A stretch of DNA of 64,000 nucleotides from Candidatus Bathyarchaeota archaeon (GTDB lineage Archaea > Thermoproteota > Bathyarchaeia > 40CM-2-53-6), in the NCBI GenBank assembly GCA_963726255.1, contig CAVSBL010000002.1, positions 1,504,001 through 1,568,000 on the forward strand, given 5' to 3'. Positions 57,711-64,000 of the stretch are shown here, one piece after another. Every line of letters starts with the position of its first letter. Within the stretch, counting starts at the first letter, position 1. The position numbers and the translations under genes were made by a program. The notes under the pieces were generated by a model. The model saw nothing but the letters and a program-made list of their open reading frames with translations. It searched no databases and had not been told where the DNA came from.

Positions 57711-57748
57711 GTGTGTGTGCGCAACATTAGACCCACAAACACGAAAAT
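57711..57748 (+). repeat. Dispersed intergenic repeat, copy I
   Basis: GTGTGTGTGCGCAACATTAGACCCACAAACACGAAAA; shares an exact 18-mer with locus H. Confidence 0.8.
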
Positions 57749-58115
57749 CACAAATCGGCTACTTGCACATACTACACCGACGTGTTCTTGCTTTGCCGAC
57801 GATTCCCCTAATCGAGGATTTGACTACGGGGCCAGTTCCGTCTGGGAAGGCCACGATCCACGGCGTGATCGACATCCACCTGCGAGACTCCTCGGAAGGA
57901 TTGAAGAACCTTGTTCGGGTTTGCAGCTTCAAGATGGTCAGTCATGATAAGCACTGGCACGAGCTCAGCGTTGGTAAGAACCTGGAAGTTGTGTTGGACG
58001 AATAAGAGTCAAATCTTCAGAAGCTATGGGAAAGCAAACCTTAGGTCTGGTTATCTAGTCAGAAACGACGGCTGCGTGTGGATCTTTCGATGAAACATTT
58101 CTTTCGTGCGGGTCA

Positions 58116-58727
58116 CTAGGGTGGAGCGACCGGTAGGATTTGAATCAAGGATTTCAATGGTACTCCATCGATTTTCGGCTTCCCGCTCTTGTTGACCAAA
58201 ACAAGGATGCCTACGGGTTTAGCTTTCGCCTTTCGCAGCGTCTGAATCGCAGCCCTATGCGTCTCGCCGGCTCGTAGAACCGCATCTGCGATCAACACTT
58301 TCTTTCCCGCGACCTTGTGAAAACTCGGATTAACCAAGCCGGGCAGCTTCTTATGCGCAACGCGATGGGGACGAACAGCCGCGAATGGCTTATCCAGCTC
58401 CTTAGCGATTGCCACGCCAAGAACCATACCGCTCCCTTCGATCGCAACGATCACATCTGGTTCATCAAACTCCCCCGCGCGGACTGATTCCCGAATCAAA
58501 TCTGCTAATGCCGAAGCAACGGCAGTCATACGTTTTCCATGTGAACCAAGAGAACTCCAGTCTACGAAAACATCATGCGGCGGATGTCTCGCCGCCCGCT
58601 CCTTGCCCCGGAGCAACAACCAGACGACGGTGTCTGGTTGAACCTTCAATTCGTCGGCTATCTCATACGTTGACAGCCCCTTCGACTTCAGTTCCTGCGT
58701 CCGTTTAACCAGTTCATTTGAGGCCAT
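58116..58727 (-). CDS. HTH plus orotate phosphoribosyltransferase-like regulator (GfcR-like)
   Basis: ELKSKGLSTYEIADEL...DTVVWL, DVFVDWS, PRT fold with degenerate ADAVL loop. Confidence 0.85.
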   Translation of the reverse strand: MASNELVKRTQELKSKGLSTYEIADELKVQPDTVVWLLLRGKERAARHPPHDVFVDWSSLGSHGKRMTAVASALADLIRESVRAGEFDEPDVIVAIEGSGMVLGVAIAKELDKPFAAVRPHRVAHKKLPGLVNPSFHKVAGKKVLIADAVLRAGETHRAAIQTLRKAKAKPVGILVLVNKSGKPKIDGVPLKSLIQILPVAPP

Positions 58728-58839
58728 TGAGCCGAACACGCACCACGTCTGAAGGGTTATGATTGGCCGAGGCCTTATAATAGGTAATGAATCCCAGAAT
58801 CGCTCACAGTCCCCCACGCACCCATCGAAGGGAAGGATA

Positions 58840-59811
58840 TTGTCGGCCCCCTCGCCCACCACAACTCAGGAATATTCCTTTGAAATTTCACCTAAAGACA
58901 CCCTCGGGCCCATGAATTTGGAAGCAACAATTCTGAGCGCGCAAACTTCAGAACCTGAATGGACGAGGGACGGCGCTTGTTTTGTTGACGTCGAAGAACT
59001 GAATGGCACTCCCGTCAAATACGCCATAAGTCAGGTGGGTGGAGTAGACGATTTCAAACTCAGAGTGCGCGCAATCACTTCCATACTAAATGACCAGTTA
59101 GGCGTTAGTCTGCGATTGCATTTGAACCGTGTTCTTGGTCTCAGCGACAACCTAGAGTCGTTCTACAATGAATTTTCTGACGACGCCGAACCGCTCCGTA
59201 CTACCTTCACGAAGCTTAGGGGCCTTCGCCTGATGCGAGGGACAAACCTCTTTGAAAGCTTGACCTGCTCCATTTTGTCTCAGAACAACTCAGCATTACT
59301 ATGGAACAGAACTGCGCGGCTACTTATGCGCCTATACGGATCCAAGGTGAATTTCCCCGATGGCGCAACATCCTTTCTATTCCCCAAGCCGGAGACCTTG
59401 GCAGGGCTGTCCCCGAGGGAACTTCGCTCGAAGACTTCCATGGGGTATAGAGCGAAGCCTGTGGTTCAAGTTTCCCGTTTAATTGCCACCGGGAAACTGA
59501 AGCTCGACGATTTAAGCAAGCTTCCTTACGAGGAAGCCATGGAGGTTCTTCTCGACCTTCCAGGCGTTGGCCCAAAAGTCGCTGATTGCTTCTGGCTATA
59601 CGGAGTGGGCGGCCTCGAAGCAGCTCCCGTTGACGTTTGGATTCACAGAGTTGTCACGTACCTTTACTTCAAAGGTAGAAAGGTCAGCAGGCTGAAGACT
59701 GCTAAGTTTCTGCGTGACCGTTTCGGAGAATGGGCGGGGTACGCGCAGTTGTATCTCTTCGATTTCGCACGCCATGGAGGAATCGGCAAAGTCAAGGCCA
59801 GAAAATCGTGA
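58840..59811 (+). CDS. 8-oxoguanine DNA glycosylase (Ogg1-like HhH-GPD)
   Basis: ILSQNN, MGYRA, LPGVGPKVADC, PVDVWI, AGYAQLYLF; probable TTG start at 58840. Confidence 0.9.
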   Translation: MSAPSPTTTQEYSFEISPKDTLGPMNLEATILSAQTSEPEWTRDGACFVDVEELNGTPVKYAISQVGGVDDFKLRVRAITSILNDQLGVSLRLHLNRVLGLSDNLESFYNEFSDDAEPLRTTFTKLRGLRLMRGTNLFESLTCSILSQNNSALLWNRTARLLMRLYGSKVNFPDGATSFLFPKPETLAGLSPRELRSKTSMGYRAKPVVQVSRLIATGKLKLDDLSKLPYEEAMEVLLDLPGVGPKVADCFWLYGVGGLEAAPVDVWIHRVVTYLYFKGRKVSRLKTAKFLRDRFGEWAGYAQLYLFDFARHGGIGKVKARKS

Positions 59812-59815
59812 GCTT

Positions 59816-60349
59816 CTACCTCTCGCTATGACGGCCCTTTGCAGCCTCTTTCTGGACAGGTTTTCGTTTCAGTTTGGTTCCGCAGACTGGGCAGACCTGA
59901 AGGTCTGTTTGCGCGTACCGCCTATAGCAGGCGGGGCAGTAGTAGATCCAGCTGAACTTTTCGCGGATCCCTAACGTAGCCAAGGGCTGGTAGGCTATGC
60001 GGATTCCTTCCGCAACATTTTGCACGGCGTAATCGTCGCTCACAATCACAGGCGTCTTTCCCTCGCCGCGAAGGTCGAGCGCTAAGGCCAAGACGCCGGT
60101 ATCAGCTTTCGAGAGTACAACTCGGTCCCCGAGCACTCTTGCCTTTTCAGCGACTTCTTCAAGCGAAGCGGCTGTGGGGCTACGGATTGTGAGTTTACCC
60201 GAGGATCTGGAAACGGTTAGCCTGTACGAGGGACCGGTTTGCTCTCGCAGTTCATCTGCTACCTCGGGCACGGAATAGCTCTCAAAATCAAGCCCCAGAG
60301 GGTCTAGCCCCATGATTAGGGCCGAGGTGTCCAGAACTAGAACTTTCAG
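59816..60349 (-). CDS. nob1: Nob1 endoribonuclease (PIN plus zinc ribbon); probable CTG start
   Basis: KVLVLDTSALI upstream of the ORF-track ATG; LSKAD, SDDYAVQNVA, CPAC..CPVCG. Confidence 0.88.
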   Translation of the reverse strand: MKVLVLDTSALIMGLDPLGLDFESYSVPEVADELREQTGPSYRLTVSRSSGKLTIRSPTAASLEEVAEKARVLGDRVVLSKADTGVLALALDLRGEGKTPVIVSDDYAVQNVAEGIRIAYQPLATLGIREKFSWIYYCPACYRRYAQTDLQVCPVCGTKLKRKPVQKEAAKGRHSER

Positions 60350-61188
60350 AAACCTGCTCGCTCCATCTCGTGAAGTCGAGTTAGGCTTCCCAAGGGTGGA
60401 GCGGGCCGCAATCGCACGAACACGGTATAATGCTTGGCCTTCCGAACCCCCAAGTTGACATCTTGGGTAAGCTCTCTTTGAAATCGTCCGTCTGCCACCA
60501 CAAGAGCCCGTAACTTTGGATTCTTCAGTTGAATCGAAAGTGACCTGTCCATTGAAAGTACGGTCGGCCTCAAGAATTCAAGTGGGCAAATGAAAGTGAC
60601 TACGAACGCGTCAACTGATGAATCAACCACCGGCCCGCCGGCTGAAAGCGCATAAGCCGTCGAACCTGTCGCGGTTGAAACGATGAGCCCGTCTCCCCTG
60701 ACCTGTAGAAAGGGCTCAGAATCTACAGCGAGGACCAGGTCAAGCATTTTCGAGGGGCTTCCAGATGATACCACCAGCTCGTTGAGCGCGTCAACTACGT
60801 GTGTTCCGTTCAGGTGCACTGCGAGCTTTGCTCGTTTCTCTAACCGGCATTTGCCCCTCGCGAAAAGCTCGATGGCTCGTAAAGCTTTGCTCGGTTCAAC
60901 CTCAGTCAGGTAACCACGCCTCCCCATGTTCACGGCCAAAATTGGTGTCTCCGGTTCAGGGATCGACATTGACGTCTTTAGAACCGTCCCGTCGCCTCCC
61001 ACGGTCACAATCAAATCCGCTTTGAGATTCGACAGGTCCTTACCGCCGCCCAGTCGACCTCGTTTTGCTAATTCGAGTTCAGCTGTGACTGCCATGCCCT
61101 TCCGCCTTAGCTGCTTGGCGAGGGCTGCCGCCGCTTCGAGGGCCCGCGGCTCATCGAGCCTAGAAACGAGGCCGACTTTCAGAGTCAA
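60346..61188 (-). CDS. nadK: NAD kinase
   Basis: GGDGTVL, ALNE, GDGLIVSTATGSTAYALSAGGP. Confidence 0.96.
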   Translation of the reverse strand: MTLKVGLVSRLDEPRALEAAAALAKQLRRKGMAVTAELELAKRGRLGGGKDLSNLKADLIVTVGGDGTVLKTSMSIPEPETPILAVNMGRRGYLTEVEPSKALRAIELFARGKCRLEKRAKLAVHLNGTHVVDALNELVVSSGSPSKMLDLVLAVDSEPFLQVRGDGLIVSTATGSTAYALSAGGPVVDSSVDAFVVTFICPLEFLRPTVLSMDRSLSIQLKNPKLRALVVADGRFQRELTQDVNLGVRKAKHYTVFVRLRPAPPLGSLTRLHEMERAGF

Positions 61189-61374
61189 CTCTGCTTCTCC
61201 ACGTGGGAGACACTACCCGCCGTGAGGATAATTAAGTAATCCACTCAAAACCCACGGACAGGGCAGAATTTGGTTTCGCAAAACTTTCTGTGAAAGAATC
61301 GGATGACCAGACAAGCTTTTTAGACATAGAGTAGGCGTTAACTGCTTTCAAGCTTAGCTTAAGGGCGAAGACCA

Positions 61375-61770
61375 CTGAGCAAACCAGTAGACGTTGGGAC
61401 TCTGAAAATCGGCCACTACGTAATCATAGATGGGGAACCTTGCAAAATCGTTGAATACGAAAAATCAAAACCAGGTAAACATGGGGCCGCGAAGGCTAGA
61501 ATCGTAGCCATCAGTGTTACAACTGGAACAAAGAAAAATCTAATCGGCTCTGTAGATGCGCGAGTTGAAGTTCCAATGATAGAGAAGAAGACGGGGCAGG
61601 TACTTGCTTTCGTGGGCAATAACATTCAGGTCATGGATATGGAGTCCTACGAGACCTTCGAAACACCCATGCCTGAAGAAGAAGAGATCAAGGCCAAATT
61701 GGCTCCAGGCGTCGAAGTCGAGTACTGGCAGATGTTGGGACAGAATAAGATAATGCGGACCAAGGGCTAA
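61375..61770 (+). CDS. eif5a: Translation factor aIF5A; CTG start
   Basis: Manual translation (M)[37 protein letters not shown] with the hypusine-site Lys; in-frame TAA four codons upstream. Confidence 0.93.
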   Translation: MSKPVDVGTLKIGHYVIIDGEPCKIVEYEKSKPGKHGAAKARIVAISVTTGTKKNLIGSVDARVEVPMIEKKTGQVLAFVGNNIQVMDMESYETFETPMPEEEEIKAKLAPGVEVEYWQMLGQNKIMRTKG

Positions 61771-61809
61771 TTCTCTCCTCTCCCAAACGCGCCTTGGAAG
61801 GTTCACTCC

Positions 61810-62739
61810 GTGCCCTTAGTTTCGCATATCAAACTAACGAAACGTATGTCCCTATCCGGCATCGCAAAGCAAATGGAAGCAGTTAAGGTCCTTGGGCCCG
61901 GACGATTCGGGAAAGCAGTAACAATCCTCGCAAGCCTGTTTAAGGACGGCCAGTGTGTTAAGCTGATTTCTCTTGCTGGCCCAATCGTCCCCGGAGGCCT
62001 CAGAACAATCATCGCAGACCTAATTGATGATGGCTTGCTCAACGGAGTTGTCACAACCGGCGCAAACGTAACACATGACCTCCTCGAAGGCTTAGGACAC
62101 CGGCACATCGCTGGAACAGAACTCGCAGACGATAACAAACTCAAACGCCAAGGGCTATCCAGAATCTACGACCTTCTCGTCACCCAGAAAGCAATCGAAC
62201 ACCTAGAGAAAACAACCTACCGAATGCTCAACCGCATCCCAGAAACAAGGCGGCGCAACATCGCCAGCTACGAGTTACTATGGGAATTCGGCAAACAGAT
62301 CAGGGACGAGCACTCAATTCTTTACACCGCACAGAAACGCAAAGTCCCAATCTTCTGCCCCGGCATTTTTGATTCAATGCTCGGCTTGAACCTCTGGACC
62401 TACAGCCGCCTCAAACCGCTCTTCGTTAACCCCTTCAAAGATTTCTCAACGCTCGTGGACTTGACGTACGAAAGAAAAAGAGTTGGCGCAATCATCCTTG
62501 GTGGCGGGATGCCGAAACACCAGGTCCTAATCGCAAACTCATACCGGGGCGGCGTGGACGCTGCGATTCAAATAACGCTCGACCGCCCTGAAGGGGGAGG
62601 CGCAAGCGGTGCACCCTTGGAGGAAGCAATTAGCTGGGGCAAAGTTAAGACTCCCAACAAACTCGTCACGATTGTTGGAGACGCTACGGTGATATTTCCG
62701 TTACTTACTCTAGCCGCCCTAGAGAGGGTGGGGAAGTAA
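61810..62739 (+). CDS. dys: Deoxyhypusine synthase
   Basis: TTGANVTHD, DSMLG, LGGGMPKH (catalytic Lys), SGAPLEEAISWGK; adjacent to aIF5A. Confidence 0.93.
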   Translation: MPLVSHIKLTKRMSLSGIAKQMEAVKVLGPGRFGKAVTILASLFKDGQCVKLISLAGPIVPGGLRTIIADLIDDGLLNGVVTTGANVTHDLLEGLGHRHIAGTELADDNKLKRQGLSRIYDLLVTQKAIEHLEKTTYRMLNRIPETRRRNIASYELLWEFGKQIRDEHSILYTAQKRKVPIFCPGIFDSMLGLNLWTYSRLKPLFVNPFKDFSTLVDLTYERKRVGAIILGGGMPKHQVLIANSYRGGVDAAIQITLDRPEGGGASGAPLEEAISWGKVKTPNKLVTIVGDATVIFPLLTLAALERVGK

Positions 62740-62741
62740 GA

Positions 62742-63104
62742 TCATCTCAGCCTTGGAATATGAACTTCGAGTACGCCCCGTTTGAATTTCGTGTTTATCT
62801 TTTTCTCATCAACGGGGACAGGCATTCGGATTCTCGCCCGGTAGCATGTGAACTCGCCATGCCTATGTTTGGCGCCTAGATCCCTGAAGGTAATCTTCCT
62901 GTTGGTCTCTGCGAATATTTCCACGGAATCCTCCGTTGGGCAGTGCAGCTTAACCCGTTTCTGATCCACGTAGGGCAGGTCGACGGTTAGAACGACCTCC
63001 GTGGCCCCCACGAACAGATTGTACAAGGGTTGGATGCATGCAGCGGCAGGATTCCATCCTGACCCATGAGTGGAAAATTCGCTCCTCGATTCAGAACTCA
63101 TCAA
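62742..63104 (-). CDS. Small heat-shock protein (Hsp20/alpha-crystallin)
   Basis: VDLPYV..FKRGVLEVHIP. Confidence 0.85.
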   Translation of the reverse strand: MMSSESRSEFSTHGSGWNPAAACIQPLYNLFVGATEVVLTVDLPYVDQKRVKLHCPTEDSVEIFAETNRKITFRDLGAKHRHGEFTCYRARIRMPVPVDEKKINTKFKRGVLEVHIPRLR

Positions 63105-63107
63105 TAT

Positions 63108-63869
63108 TCACCCGTACATTGGCGGCAGGTCGAATTCGTGGGACTTGTCCATCCTGAGCATCTCTTCGTGGGTACGGTGCATCATATCCTTGCTCTTCAA
63201 GCGGATTTCCTCCCCTCTCTTGAGAAGGTCGGAAACGTCAACATTCAGATCCAGAATCTTGTTCACGGCGGTTAGCGCTGCCGCGGCCGCTTCGGGATCG
63301 GGGTAGTTGTAGTAGGATTGGGTAAGCAGCGTGATGGCGGGAACAGATGTCTCAGCACACTTGCGCAGGATAAGCCCGTATGCGCCAACTATGTAACCTT
63401 CCTCTAAGACCTCAGCAGCCCCGTGTAGCTTTGACTCCAATTCCTTAGCGGAAAGAGCCGCAAACACTTTCGGCGCAGCTATGTCCTGCCGGTTGGAAAC
63501 GGCCATACCCCCCAACGAGAGCATCAGTTTAGTGTTCTTGGTTCGAGCCCAGTCAACTATGCCCGTCGCAAGGGGTTTGATGAGTGGTACAGGGATCGTA
63601 GTCTCAGAGATGATGACAACCAAACCATTGCCTGCGAACAAGCGAATAGGCGCTTTCGGAAGGCCGCCGTGCAGAACAATCATTGGTGGAAGAAGGTCAG
63701 ACTCAATGGCACCGACCTCCTTCAATTTCAAGTCACTGATGATATGAGACGCTGCAAGCAACCCAACAAGTCCGACATCTGGGAGGCCGTTCACAATGAC
63801 CGCTTCCTTGGGAATCGTAGCAGTTTCCAAAATGCGCAACCCGTCTTTCCCAGACAGGCTATTGGACAT
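63108..63869 (-). CDS. PAC2-family proteasome assembly chaperone
   Basis: GLPDVGLVGLLAA, PIRLF, PDPEAA, C-terminal MYG. Confidence 0.92.
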   Translation of the reverse strand: MSNSLSGKDGLRILETATIPKEAVIVNGLPDVGLVGLLAASHIISDLKLKEVGAIESDLLPPMIVLHGGLPKAPIRLFAGNGLVVIISETTIPVPLIKPLATGIVDWARTKNTKLMLSLGGMAVSNRQDIAAPKVFAALSAKELESKLHGAAEVLEEGYIVGAYGLILRKCAETSVPAITLLTQSYYNYPDPEAAAAALTAVNKILDLNVDVSDLLKRGEEIRLKSKDMMHRTHEEMLRMDKSHEFDLPPMYG

Positions 63870-64000
63870 CTCGAGACCCTTCTATGAAAGCGACCAGCTG
63901 AAACCAGAGCAACATTAGCGAGTAATTAAACGGTTCGTAGAAGTTACAAGAACTTTTAGGATGCGTCAACCAACGCATCAAGTGTATCGTGAAAATGCAT

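Noticed and set aside
57372-57748. Canonical integron attC sites
   Set aside because: No clear RYYYAAC...GTTRRRY pair bounding a long hairpin and no IntI in the window; kept only as an analogy.
57715-58005. 96-aa ORF after repeat I
   Set aside because: It starts inside the repeat, has no RBS and no recognisable motif; coding status is unsupported.

Overview
Archaeal chromosomal window, GC roughly 50%. aIF5A, deoxyhypusine synthase, Nob1, PAC2, ApgM, GfcR-like and frequent TTG starts point to an archaeon; the gene content fits Bathyarchaeia or a relative, but this is an inference. Housekeeping genes include eno, apgM, pyk, a three-gene glutamate synthase-type cluster, NAD kinase, an Ogg-type glycosylase, an RsmB/NOP methyltransferase and TldD/PmbA. 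They are mixed with accessory amino-acid and amine catabolism genes. No rRNA, intact tRNA, CRISPR array, transposase or integrase was recognised. Most notable observations: (1) a family of about 30-70 bp dispersed imperfect-palindromic intergenic repeats at nine or more loci, several bracketing single small accessory genes like cassettes; (2) an operon of APC permease, AbiEii-like nucleotidyltransferase and calcineurin-like phosphoesterase with unknown function; (3) an ~80 bp diverged direct repeat whose substitutions look like coding selection on an unannotated 26-29 aa peptide, near a radical SAM/SPASM gene and TldD/E; (4) both 3-hydroxyproline and 4-hydroxyproline (HypD glycyl-radical) catabolism, with HypD split by a 1-nt frameshift; (5) several genes, including aIF5A and Nob1, that appear to need CTG, ATA or ACG start codons. 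All family assignments come from motif recognition by eye, not from database searches.
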